From assembly GCA_963803145.1 (NCBI GenBank), contig CAWDLW010000042.1, forward strand, positions 47,342 through 111,341: a stretch of DNA of 64,000 nucleotides. Reading direction: 5' to 3'. How positions within the stretch are numbered: position 1 is the stretch's first letter; every line of letters starts with the position of its first letter. The notes beneath the pieces were generated by a model. The model ran no database searches, was not told where the DNA came from, and saw nothing but the letters and a program-made list of their open reading frames with translations. Origin of the DNA: Methanotrichaceae archaeon (lineage in GTDB: Archaea; Halobacteriota; Methanosarcinia; Methanotrichales; Methanotrichaceae). Positions 29,798-39,977 of the stretch are shown one piece after another. A program made the position numbers and the translations under genes.

Positions 29798-29800
29798 AGT

Positions 29801-30010
29801 TCAATCTGTCGCGATCATAACATTCGTTGCCTTTATGACTGCGTATACCTCTTTTCCCTCTTTGAGATCGAGGCTATCGACAGAGGTTTTGGTTATCACC
29901 GATACTATTGTTTCTCCGCCTTGAAGCTCGACTGAGACCTCTGCACTGACAAGTCCTCTGGTTATGCTCTTGACCTTACCTTTTAGAATATTACGGGCAC
30001 TTATTTTCAT
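29801..30010 (-). CDS. Molybdate-binding Mop/TOBE protein
   Basis: MKISARN, SVIT..S...LDL, AVIKATNV. Confidence 0.92.
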   Translation of the reverse strand: MKISARNILKGKVKSITRGLVSAEVSVELQGGETIVSVITKTSVDSLDLKEGKEVYAVIKATNVMIATD

Positions 30011-30176
30011 ATAATCACTCTTTATTGATATATCCTTCAGGGATATTTAACCTTGATCATTATTTAATCTTCACAATTCTAATAGCCAAACATATCTACA
30101 ATAACGCCAGCTTAAATGGCATTACTACTACATCATAGCAAAAAGTCTATGAACAAAAAAATTTATTTTAGTCCTA

Positions 30177-30878
30177 ATGATCTACAAGCTAGTGGGCATC
30201 CTCACATTGTTCATAGCTTTGTCTCAGGGCGCCATATTAAGCGTCGGCCCAGGTGATAGCATCCAGGCCGCCATTTATGCAGCACATCCCGGCGATATCA
30301 TAGAGGTCAAGGGAGGCACTTATTATGACCATCTGAAGGTTGATAAGTCAATCACACTCAAGGGCATAGGCATGCCTGTTCTGGATGCTACAGCCAGCGG
30401 CAGTGGAGTCACTATTACCTCTGATGAGGTGCAGTTTGAGGGCTTTAGGATAATAAACTCGGGAAGTATGCTCGGCGGTATGCCAGGGATTTTGCGCGAT
30501 GAACCAGAAGCTGGCATTAAGGTTCTATCAAAGAATAACATAATAAGAGATAATAATGTGAGCAATAACTTCAACGGGGTATACCTCTCTCATTCCAGCA
30601 ACAATACGATATTCAATAACATTGTGAAGGATAATCTCGGATTTGGGATCAGGCTGGAAGGGTGCATGAATAATACCGTTTACGCAAATAGCTTTGCGGA
30701 TAACTATGGGCAGAATGCCTACGATGATAGCTCAAATCAATGGGATAACGGCTCAATAGGCAACTACTATAGTGATTTCAGCTGCATTAATAGAAAAGAC
30801 GGGATCTGCGTCTCAAGCTATCCAGTGCCGGGCGGCAAGAATATCGACCGATATCCTACTCTTAGAATATTACGATGA
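30177..30878 (+). CDS. Secreted NosD/CASH parallel beta-helix protein
   Basis: SIQAAI..A.PGDIIEV..GTY, NNT repeats, GNYYSD, DRYP. Confidence 0.85.
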   Translation: MIYKLVGILTLFIALSQGAILSVGPGDSIQAAIYAAHPGDIIEVKGGTYYDHLKVDKSITLKGIGMPVLDATASGSGVTITSDEVQFEGFRIINSGSMLGGMPGILRDEPEAGIKVLSKNNIIRDNNVSNNFNGVYLSHSSNNTIFNNIVKDNLGFGIRLEGCMNNTVYANSFADNYGQNAYDDSSNQWDNGSIGNYYSDFSCINRKDGICVSSYPVPGGKNIDRYPTLRILR

Positions 30879-30993
30879 TGAATACTGCCCTTGCCCCAAT
30901 AACTTTTTTATCTAGAAGGTTGTAATAAGACCTTGTACTATCAAAGTACGGGGTAGAAGGACGAAGGGAGCAGCGATAGCGGCACCAATAGCT

Positions 30994-31698
30994 TTGTTGC
31001 TATTCTCTCTTCTGGTCAGCGGCATAACAACAGGCACACCAGCAATTAAAGAGCCGGTCCAGGATGGGGATTTCTGCAATAATCTAAAGGTGACTGGAAC
31101 TGGCAGCTTCGAGGTTGGAGTATCTGTAAAGGATAAGGAACTGGCCCTGAATTACGATAGCTACATGCAGGGCGATGGCGATCTCGAGATGGATACCACG
31201 ACCGCCGAGGCACAGAAGGCCGCCAGAATTCCTGGAGCTACAGGAAAAGCGAATGACTCAGCTGTACCTCTCAACCTCGTCGAGGGCAACAGATTAACCT
31301 ATTCGGGAAAAACTCCTCTTGTGGGATTTAAGCACATTAAATCCGATGCTTTCTGGGGCGGCATAGGTGCGGATATCACGGAAAGCTTCTCAGTGACGCA
31401 GATGGATAGAGAGGAGAATACGTACTTCGCCTCGACAAACCCCGCGAGCTATATCACGGATCCAAAGAAGATCGCTGAGGTACTTGCCACAAGTCCTGTA
31501 CAAGCGGTGGGAATGAGCACGAAGAACGCCTTCAATGGAACATGGACATTGGATTCAAGGATGCATAAGTTCATGTCCAAGGACGTAAAGTCGCATCAGT
31601 CCTTCACAGGGGCGTTCGAGGTGGATAATCAGGTCAAGTTCCACGACAACCCTGTGCCTGAAAAGGAGAATATAGGGTGTGAGGGCATAGATTGCTAA
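30994..31698 (+). CDS. Secreted hypothetical protein
   Basis: Hydrophobic N-terminus, beta-rich body, C-terminal CEGIDC. Confidence 0.7.
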   Translation: MLLFSLLVSGITTGTPAIKEPVQDGDFCNNLKVTGTGSFEVGVSVKDKELALNYDSYMQGDGDLEMDTTTAEAQKAARIPGATGKANDSAVPLNLVEGNRLTYSGKTPLVGFKHIKSDAFWGGIGADITESFSVTQMDREENTYFASTNPASYITDPKKIAEVLATSPVQAVGMSTKNAFNGTWTLDSRMHKFMSKDVKSHQSFTGAFEVDNQVKFHDNPVPEKENIGCEGIDC

Positions 31699-31708
31699 GA
31701 TCCCTCAT

Positions 31709-32188
31709 TCATTCCTTACATTTCTCTGTTTTTCGGTTAAGATGGTCTTGAATAAACTCTGGGTAACATTGGCGCTTCTTCTTCAACTGCTCTGTCTCTG
31801 CAAGAGGAACAGTACGCCCATCTGGAAGTAAGGTGATTCCATTTGCTTTCATAAAGTGTGAATTCGATGGTAAGCCCTGTTCACCAAATATTAACACGAT
31901 TAAGTATCACTACCCACAATATTGTTGCGATTCACGCTCGTTTACCTGGGTAGTGCATAAAGCTAGAAAAGGAACGCATAAAGTAGCGATTATCTGGGGC
32001 ATGGGCAATCCTACTGCGATCGTTGTTAGCCAAAGGACATTGATAGTAGAAGCAGCAACATTGGAATGAATTCGGCAACAAGTATCGGGATCATGGCGAA
32101 TATGCTGAATTGATAAAACGCCCGTATGATGGGGAAAGGCCGGCCATGTTAAATCGAGTATTTTTGGAGGCATACGCGCAATTATCAT
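31709..32188 (-). pseudogene. Degraded membrane-protein remnant
   Basis: Hydrophobic stretches spread over different frames (IFAMIPILVAEFIPMLLLLL / WLTTIAVGLPMPQIIATL / YLIVLIFGEQ) with stops. Confidence 0.3.
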
Positions 32189-32515
32189 GGCCCACCATCG
32201 GAGTTAATCCGATATATCATCAATTGCTTGCTATTAATTTATAAATTTTTAGATATTTTACATTCGTATAAAGTTTTCTTCATGCCTTGATAGAACCAAT
32301 GATCGGGATAATTAATTCTTACAGAAGCTATTTTGATTGATATGATTATGTTGCATTAGAATTACAGACAACAGTACTTAATTCGAGTATTGACTGTGTC
32401 TACTTAATTAAATTTCGCAACATTTTATTAAAGATAAATACAAACTTACTGTAACATTCCCGAAAGGGCTTGTCCTCCTTGAGGGATGTTGAGGAAATCT
32501 ATTAGGAGGCAAGTT

Positions 32516-33334
32516 ATGAATGATTGTATAGCAATGCTCATCGTTGGCTCTTTGCTGCTGGTTTCCGCAGCTGCTGCAACGGGCAGTAACAACCAGATAT
32601 CTGTTGATATCCATCAAGAGGCAAAAGGAAACTGCAACACTGGGAATGTCTATATTGACCAGGAGACTTATGCTATCGCTAATGTTCAGGGAAACAACAA
32701 TTATGTTAGCCAGCATATAGATGCATATGCTGATGACAATAGCTTAACAAGTAGAAACAACCCTGCCGGCATAACTCAAATCTGCAGCATTATGGGCAAT
32801 ATAACTGGTAATAACAACCATCTTGAGCAAAACATTGAAGCAAAGTTAAACAATAATAGTATAGTCGAGAGCACCTTATCTCAGCGCGCGGCTCAAACAG
32901 CTGATATCGTCGGCTCATATAATAGTGTTTACCAGGCAACTTCTGTTAATTCAAATAATAATAAACTCACTCTGAGCGATTTAAAGCAGTTCTCATTCCT
33001 TGCAGCTTCCTGCTTAAATGGCAATTATAATTGGCTGGATCAACGAGTAAGCCAAAGTGCGAATCGTACCAGCTTAACCGGTTCAAAGTTATGGCAGGTT
33101 GCAAAAGACAGTGCAATCTTCTTCGGCAGCAAAAATAACGTAGATCAGCAGGCTACTATCAGTGCGAATGGTGCTAGACTGACTTATGCCCAAGAATATC
33201 AGGAGATCCTCGAGAATGCAAATATTCTTGGGAGTGGCAATTCCGTAACACATAATCTAACTTTGAATGGAGCGACAAACAGTCTAGTCGTAGCTTCACT
33301 TATACAGAAGGCAAATACGACAACGAATCTCTAA
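32516..33334 (+). CDS. Secreted Asn/Gln-rich repeat protein (curlin/Fap-like beta-solenoid candidate)
   Basis: AGGAGG RBS, signal peptide, seven ~35-aa repeats G[SN]xNx[VLI]xQ...NxL...LxQ. Confidence 0.75.
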   Translation: MNDCIAMLIVGSLLLVSAAAATGSNNQISVDIHQEAKGNCNTGNVYIDQETYAIANVQGNNNYVSQHIDAYADDNSLTSRNNPAGITQICSIMGNITGNNNHLEQNIEAKLNNNSIVESTLSQRAAQTADIVGSYNSVYQATSVNSNNNKLTLSDLKQFSFLAASCLNGNYNWLDQRVSQSANRTSLTGSKLWQVAKDSAIFFGSKNNVDQQATISANGARLTYAQEYQEILENANILGSGNSVTHNLTLNGATNSLVVASLIQKANTTTNL

Positions 33335-33353
33335 GCGCACGCCGCTATATCTA

Positions 33354-33390
33354 AAGGAAGGATTGGATTTCTGATCCTTCCTTGTTATAT
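33354..33390 (+). terminator. Hairpin after repeat-protein gene
   Basis: aaggaaggat...atccttcctt perfect 10-bp IR followed by T-rich sequence. Confidence 0.5.
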
Positions 33391-33590
33391 TAATTAGGAG
33401 AATTAATAAAAGAATCATGATCCTAAAGTATATATCGATAATTCTTCCAGGAGATATATCAACGATTATTTAGGATCTTTCCTATTTTGGAGTAAGTGAA
33501 GCTATTAGCCTCATTGGAGGGATGCAAGGGCATGTTCATTGATTATGGAGTAATTAGAAAAAGCAAAACTGGAGTAGACTATAATCAAGT

Positions 33591-34218
33591 TCACCCCAGC
33601 TTTGTATAGGTATTAGCCTTGCTATTATCAGTTGCATTGCTTGATCCCTTTACCTCTATCTGCATTGCATCATTGAATGTCTTTGATGCACCTGATGCAG
33701 ATGCTACAATAGTTGTATTATAAGTCCCTGTAGCAATGCCAGCATTCCAGGTCCCTACAAATTCTCCTCCAGACGAGTGCTCTAGAGCCACATTGCCGAC
33801 CTGTACGCCCATTGAGTCTTTGATGATCGCAGAAGCCGTCATATTCTCTACGTTGCTAAGGACTGCAGTGATCTCAACAGGGCTTCCGGGATTTGCGGGA
33901 TTCGGCATGGCGCTTATATTTTGAAGATCAATGTTAATCGCTGGTGTTTGCTCGATATTGCTAGCAGTGTTTGCCGTATTTGGGCCGCTGGCATTATTAT
34001 TTTGTGCTCCTTGTTTACTGAACTGAGAGTTTGTCCCTCTGGTAACTGCAGGACCAAAGGCCTGTGGATTGGGCTCCTGCACAGCGGAGTTTCCTATCTC
34101 ATCCAACTTCTGCATAGGAATCCCAATTCTGATCTAACTGTGCACTCGTGATGGCTATGATGCCTACTACGGCCACTACAAGGCATATTAAAGCCAGAAC
34201 AAGTATCGACTTTGACAT
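33591..34218 (-). pseudogene. Secreted Ig-like-domain protein split by a 1-nt frameshift
   Basis: AAGGAGG RBS plus signal peptide MSKSILVLALICL... from 34218; frame changes at TGGGATTCCTATG (~34116) into MQKLDEIGN. Confidence 0.65.
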
Positions 34219-34493
34219 AATACCTCCTTTATCACATCACTGGTAATGGCAAGCGCACTCTTTAAAGAAGCCGACTCTGCCACTAATCCCTAAAATCGGC
34301 ATTCTATATAAAGCATCTTGTATGTGGGTGGTTGTATTACGGCTCATGTCGATATCGGTGGAATCGCCCTGGCTAAAGAGGCAGTACTGGCGATATTGCG
34401 ATTGTTTTTAGGATTTAACCCAAGGATATTGACTATAGATAACGCCTTGATCCTTAATTTTGAATTTGAGACCACAAGAATCATGCTTTGCTG

Positions 34494-34554
34494 TCATAGT
34501 ATGGATAGTACACTTTTTCTCTATTTTACCCCCACATAAAAAGAGAGTATAATA
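34494..34554 (+). repeat. Dispersed ~60-bp direct repeat, copy 1
   Basis: TCATAGTA-n4-TAGTAC-n9-CTATTTTACCCCCACATAAAAAGA..AGTATA; matches 40681-40740. Confidence 0.7.
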
Positions 34555-34604
34555 GCCATTCCAATAAAAGGAAGTCCTCGGTCTAAATTTGGACCTAAGT
34601 TCGC

Positions 34605-34766
34605 TTACAGAACCAGCAGTCTTTCATATTTCTCGCGTTTGACCTTATCCGCAACATGCAAGTATCGGGCAGTGGTCGCTAGGTTCTGATGGCGCATTAG
34701 CTCTTTTATGGTTAGGAGATCGCAGCCATTTTTAATTAGGATTGAAGCAGGAGAATGCCTAGCAAA
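34605..34766 (-). pseudogene. Tyrosine recombinase/integrase C-terminal fragment
   Basis: FARHSPAS..IKNGCDLLTIKELMRHQNLATTARYLHV: RH box, second His and catalytic Tyr; N-terminal part absent. Confidence 0.8.
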
Positions 34767-34831
34767 GCTTTTGAAAGCCAGGGTGCAAATGGAGCCAGGG
34801 TTCACTAAAAAATGGATCAAATCCTAAAATT

Positions 34832-35266
34832 TTAGACCCCACCAAGGAAGTCCGATCCCATGGCTTTTCCCTGGTCGGATGAAGCATATTTCGATATGGC
34901 TGAATCCGGCATGAGGTTAATATCATTGGTGGTATATTTTGATACACTATCCATCGTATGGGTTATGCCGTTGCTTGTGGTATTCTTGTCGGCTGCCATA
35001 TAGGGTTTCTGCAAATTGAGCGGCTCCGCCATCTTGCTCATAAGCAAAGTAGTATCATTTCCAAAGTTCTTAACTACCCATGCATTCCACTGATCGACAA
35101 GGGCATTAAATGCCGGAATATTTTGTCCTTGGATGGCTTTATCGTATGCCTGACCTAGTTGGAAGGACAGACGTACGCCATCAATTGTCGTTTGCTGTTC
35201 TGGAGTATAAGCCGCGGCCAGAGAAACCGCTACAAAGAGGCTTAAAAGAATTATAATTGCCTTCAT
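34832..35266 (-). CDS. Secreted hypothetical protein
   Basis: Signal peptide MKAIIILLSLFVAVSLAAA; FNALVDQWNAWV helix. Confidence 0.75.
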   Translation of the reverse strand: MKAIIILLSLFVAVSLAAAYTPEQQTTIDGVRLSFQLGQAYDKAIQGQNIPAFNALVDQWNAWVVKNFGNDTTLLMSKMAEPLNLQKPYMAADKNTTSNGITHTMDSVSKYTTNDINLMPDSAISKYASSDQGKAMGSDFLGGV

Positions 35267-35878
35267 ATGCGATGAGTCTTCGTCGGGGTTATTAATACTT
35301 CTTGGTCTGCGCCAGAAATCACTTTCACAGTGCATGGATGACATTCTTAAACTATTATTACTATTTTTCAGGTAGAGATGGCACACCTCATTTGGTACCC
35401 CCTCGGGGCCGTCTCCAATCATCCCTTTTAGGCGGTGATAGCAGTATATGATTTAGTGATTTCACCAGAGCCGTTTGTTGAGAAATGCAAAAGCTTGGCC
35501 AAAGCAAAGAATCCTTGTCTGGAAGTTGTAGATGGCCGCGTTCGATTGGCATAGATAGATGGCAGTACTGCTGGTTTCATGGAAAGAGCGGATTCGATCG
35601 ACCTTAGAACATCCTATGACATGCTTCTTGATGCTCTTTTTGAGGCGGGAGAATCTTCCCAAAGGCCGCTGATAAGATCCTGTGGACACTGCCCACCAAT
35701 GGCCAAAGGATGAAGAGAAGTGATCTTAGGCGGCGCTACTGGGTTATGGATACAAGAGATTAATCCTATACTTGAGGACTTGGAAAGAGAAGGCCGGATC
35801 AGGATAGATACAAAGACATCGATGATGTTGCTCAAGAATCGATATCCTTTTAATCATTTAAGGGCCAATGGGATATTG

Positions 35879-36337
35879 ATGAGACAGCTTGTAATGTGTG
35901 CATTACTCCTTCTGGCATTTTCTCTTAATTGCATGGCAATTGCACCAGTCCAGATTGGCGGAATACATGGCCAAAACAATTCATCAATGATATCCTATAA
36001 CCCATTCACGGCAAATAACCGGGATAGAGGAGACCTCTGGAGTTGGGGCAGTGGTCCGGTAGGTTACGGACAGTTATTTCCAGCGGAATCCAATAGTTTT
36101 GGAGAATGGGCTCCGTTTGACGAGACGCCGCTGAATTATACATCGAATGAAACTCCGCCTGGCTACGCAGCCAATGAAATTAAGCGGCTGTTCTCAAAGG
36201 ATGGACAATCCGAAGTCACTCAATATTGGTTAACCGGGGGAGTAAATTCAATTTATGATATACCAAATGAACCACCTCGGTTATCTCCCAGCCAGGGATT
36301 TTTCAGTGGTTATGGAGATTGGGGACCCTCTATTTGA
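35879..36337 (+). CDS. Secreted DLWSWG-motif protein, paralog 1
   Basis: Signal peptide MRQLVMCALLLLAF, APVQIGG..G, GDLWSWGSGP. Confidence 0.7.
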   Translation: MRQLVMCALLLLAFSLNCMAIAPVQIGGIHGQNNSSMISYNPFTANNRDRGDLWSWGSGPVGYGQLFPAESNSFGEWAPFDETPLNYTSNETPPGYAANEIKRLFSKDGQSEVTQYWLTGGVNSIYDIPNEPPRLSPSQGFFSGYGDWGPSI

Positions 36338-36921
36338 AAGCATGATGATACAATTGGCATAATCCTGAAGCAATTCCATAAATCCAATAGAATTATTTTT
36401 TAGAACGCCATTTAGTTCCCGAAGTATTAGCCTTAATAGAATCAAAGGACATGCCTATAGATGGCTTGAGGGCTAAAGAATAGCCTAAAATGGAGCGCAG
36501 AAAAGGGAGTGTGAGGGGGTGGCGAAGGGCGAAAATAATGCATTAGGAGTGAGTTTGATCTATTGCTTAAAGGGAGTGTCCTGCCCTTCGCATCTTAATT
36601 ACTTATAACTGTTAGGATATATACTTTTACTTGTATATATATCGCTTGATGGTGAGATGAATATGATAAATAGGCAGGATACGCGGCCGAGAGGAAAGCG
36701 AAGGGACACAGCAGGAGGGAAATATTTTATGCTGAGGTCTCATCTGCTGAGCGGTTATCCCTTCGCTTGAAACAGATCTATGCATTTGAAAGTATTTAGA
36801 GAGCTGGTATTGCAATCAATGACTTTTCACTGTGGCCATTGCAAGAGTCTTAAAAGAGTTAACAATAAGCAACCTTTAAATCTAAGTAGGATATGCTGTT
36901 GCAAAAAATGAGGCAAATATT

Positions 36922-37245
36922 ATGAAAAGCTCTCTAGCTGTAGGATTGGTACTCATATCTGTCCTTTTGGCGTTCTCTTTAGGTGCAGTCTTTGCAGAGG
37001 TATCTAAAGATAAGGTAAATGCTACTACCTCAATGATATAACAAATACAACTAAGAATATTACTAATACCACATCTTTCAAAAACCCAATTGAAATTAGA
37101 CCTATAAATACAACAAACAATTTTACCAATGTTACATCCATCAATATAACAAACGAAACTATGCCTCAAAATGCAACAATGTGACTAATCCTTTCGCAAA
37201 GGTAATGAGAAGAAGAGGCCACTGCAAAAGCCGAAAGGTAGCACG
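36922..37245 (+). pseudogene. Frameshifted small secreted Asn/Thr-rich protein
   Basis: Signal peptide MKSSLAVGLVLISVLLAFSLGAVFA, then an N-x-T-rich run in another frame, then NVTNPFAKV in a third; end approximate. Confidence 0.6.
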
Positions 37246-37883
37246 ACATTATCATAATTGCTATGCTGTATCACTCTATAAACTCATGAGCCTCCCTAAT
37301 CACGGCTAAGAGCTCCCTTCCTCTCTCTGTGGTTTTATACTTTCCATCTATTGCGGTAATGAATGCTTTTTTCGTTAGAGAATCAATGTACGAGGTAGCG
37401 GTTCTAAAGTATGGATTGCTTCAATAAACTACGCGCGTTTTGCTGGCTCCGATTAGGCAGACCTCTAAGACCCTAGCTATAATCTCTCCCTACTCCGCTC
37501 CATAATCTCAAGTACTTACTTGAAGTATCTGTATTAGACGTATTTCCCTTGAGGATATTAGAACTCGCTGAGCGTGGAATGGATCTGCAGCTTGATATCC
37601 TTATGCTTGTGTGCATGCTCTCCAAGCAGCATATCCATAATATCGAGCCAAAAGCTCAAGAAGATACTTAAAGTTCGAATCCATCTCTTCTTATTACAAC
37701 CATGCCTTTGGCCATTGCTAAAGATTTTTTATGTATGCGATAGGCGAATGAAATCCGATTTGCTATTTGTAGTGAAATCGAGAGTCTTTACTGCAATAAA
37801 TTGATCGATGGATAATCACTTATAATAGTAATTAATATTAAGGCAGATCACTTGGTTAATTCTTTAGCCATGAGGTAATAATT

Positions 37884-39053
37884 ATGAAATTTGGTTCTGG
37901 CTTTGATAATGCAACTCCATCAGGTCTACAAGCACCTCTAGGAATAGGTCCCGTATTAGATTTCGATTTTGCCAATCATATGGTAGAATCTATCGGCCAG
38001 AGCTTATTGGCTATTGGGGAAGATTGGCGATTTGACTATTTTAATCCAGCCTTTGCTAAACTAGTTGGTTGCTCCTTGGAGGATTTGGTTGGCAAGTCAT
38101 TGGATGATTTCATCTACCAGGAGGATCTGGGAGTTCTTAGTGATGCCAGAATAACGCAAGCAACTGGTGAGACTAACACTTGCGAGATCAGATTGATTAG
38201 GTCTGACGGCAAGGTAATTTATGTCCAGATCACCGGAACGCCTCGTTGGAATCTAGGAAAAGTCGTAGGCTCATTCATGGTCATTACCAATCTAACCGAT
38301 CATTATACTGTGGAACTGGAGGAAAGGGTTTATGAAAGGACCGCAGCGCTGGCCAAAACAAACGAAATTCTACTGACAGAGATCATCAAAAGGAAGAGAG
38401 CAGAGGAGATGCTCAATATGACTTTGGAGGATAAGGAGACAATTCTCAGGGAGATTCATCGCAAGGTTAAGAATAATCTGGAATTGATCTCTTCTTTGCT
38501 TTATCTTCAATCCGTAAGGACAATTGATGAGCGGCCTTTGGATATAATAAAGGATTGCCAGAATAGGGTTAAATCTATGGCTATGATCCATGATAAGCTA
38601 AGTAGTTCTCGAGATTTGACCAAGATAAATCTGGAAGAGTATGTAAAAAGCCTAGTCGATAGTCTTTACCAAATCTATAAAGTTCGTCGTGATAGAATCG
38701 ATCTAACTCTCGATGTTGATAAGATATTAATCGGAGCAGACACTGCAATCTCTTGTGGATTTGTAATTAACGAGCTGGTCTCAAACTCCCTCAAGCATGC
38801 GTTCCCTGGAGACAGAACTGGCGTGATTTACATAGAGTTCCACTCCGAGGGCGAGAAGGGCTTTAGAATGGTTATCGAAGATAACGGAATCGGGTGCAAG
38901 AGCAATAAAGATCGGAAGAAATCAAATGCTTTGGGACTACAACTGGTAAGCGCGGTGATGAAGCACATTGATGGTAGCATCAAGCTGGACAGCACTGGAG
39001 GGACTAGGTTAGAAATCGCTTTCCGTGTACCAATTTACGGTGATTACTCTTGA
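37884..39053 (+). CDS. PAS-domain HisKA_2-type histidine kinase with altered H-box
   Basis: PAS/PAC, EIHRKVKNNL, INELVSNSLKHAF, EDNGIG, LGLQLV. Confidence 0.88.
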   Translation: MKFGSGFDNATPSGLQAPLGIGPVLDFDFANHMVESIGQSLLAIGEDWRFDYFNPAFAKLVGCSLEDLVGKSLDDFIYQEDLGVLSDARITQATGETNTCEIRLIRSDGKVIYVQITGTPRWNLGKVVGSFMVITNLTDHYTVELEERVYERTAALAKTNEILLTEIIKRKRAEEMLNMTLEDKETILREIHRKVKNNLELISSLLYLQSVRTIDERPLDIIKDCQNRVKSMAMIHDKLSSSRDLTKINLEEYVKSLVDSLYQIYKVRRDRIDLTLDVDKILIGADTAISCGFVINELVSNSLKHAFPGDRTGVIYIEFHSEGEKGFRMVIEDNGIGCKSNKDRKKSNALGLQLVSAVMKHIDGSIKLDSTGGTRLEIAFRVPIYGDYS

Positions 39054-39221
39054 AGGCATGGGAAGAAGTCGCATTTGCCATTAATTGCCTTACCTGCAAG
39101 GTAGACTACCTTAAGCTATGTATTGAATTAAGAGAAAATAGGTGAGGCCTCGGCTTGTGCTGAGACCTATCTATCCATTAATAATAGCCGATAGCAGCAT
39201 AGTTTTAGCGGGTAGCCGTGA

Positions 39222-39977
39222 TTAAGCTAAATAGCCACTATTTGTAGGATATGAGTAGCCTGTTGGTGGGTTATACATCATCGGGCGAGAATATCCAGTG
39301 GGTGCATTGCAGGCAGTTGGACAGACATGGCCAGTTATACATCCCTCGCTAGTGGGGCAGAATCTCCCTGTAAAACAGTTGACACCTGTTGGGCAACAGG
39401 TATCTGTCATGCAACCAGCCCCAGTTGGGCAACCGCAGTCTGTTGGACATTTGGAGCCTGTCACGCAGCAGTTACACGTTGTGCATTTATCGCCTGTTGG
39501 ACAATTAGCGCCTGTCAAGCACTCTTTGCCTGTCGGACAGCAAGAATCCGTCGCACATTTCTCACCTGTCGGGCAACAGGAACCTGTCGCACATTTATCG
39601 CCTGTTGGACAATTGCAGCCTGTCAAACATTCTTTGCCTGTCGGACAGCAGGAGTCTGTTGCACATTTACTATCTGTTGGGCAGCATGATCCCGTTGTAC
39701 AATCAGCACCTGTTGGACAATCAGAGCAGGTCGGACAAGTGGCGCCTGAGGGACATTCGTAAGATGTGGGCATACATGCGCCGGTTGGATATGCATGGTT
39801 CGTATTTGATTCATAGTTTGATGGATATGTTTGTGTTGGATATGTATTACCTATTGGTGCATCATTCGGATACGCAGAGTACATTTGATCTTGATACCCA
39901 TAGCCTTCCATTGCGTATACGCCGTTAATTACGATAAACATAATGGCCATTGTTATTAAAAACAGTTTGGTTTTCAT
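39222..39977 (-). CDS. Secreted Cys/Thr-rich hexapeptide-repeat protein
   Basis: ATG with AAGGT upstream, signal peptide, 25 tandem Cx[TS]xxx hexads, Tyr/Pro-rich flanks. Confidence 0.8.
   Translation of the reverse strand: MKTKLFLITMAIMFIVINGVYAMEGYGYQDQMYSAYPNDAPIGNTYPTQTYPSNYESNTNHAYPTGACMPTSYECPSGATCPTCSDCPTGADCTTGSCCPTDSKCATDSCCPTGKECLTGCNCPTGDKCATGSCCPTGEKCATDSCCPTGKECLTGANCPTGDKCTTCNCCVTGSKCPTDCGCPTGAGCMTDTCCPTGVNCFTGRFCPTSEGCITGHVCPTACNAPTGYSRPMMYNPPTGYSYPTNSGYLA
39306..39755 (-). repeat. 18-bp/36-bp/108-bp nested coding tandem repeat
   Basis: Recurring cctgt(t/c)gg(a/g)ca units encoding CPTG; 36-aa block duplicated. Confidence 0.85.

Noticed and set aside
31709-32188. Possible pyrrolysine read-through joining two in-frame ORFs at TAG 31910
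   Set aside because: TAG is followed at once by TGA, and the hydrophobic segments lie in different frames, so decay is more likely.
35720-35878. N-terminal extension of the 205-aa ORF (LEDLEREGRIRI)
   Set aside because: Looks like a separate wHTH-like remnant in frame by chance; the signal peptide starts at 35879.
39298-39762. Plus-strand 154-aa repeat ORF (PVGQ repeats)
   Set aside because: Antisense shadow of the Cys-repeat gene; the minus strand has the signal peptide and ATG context.
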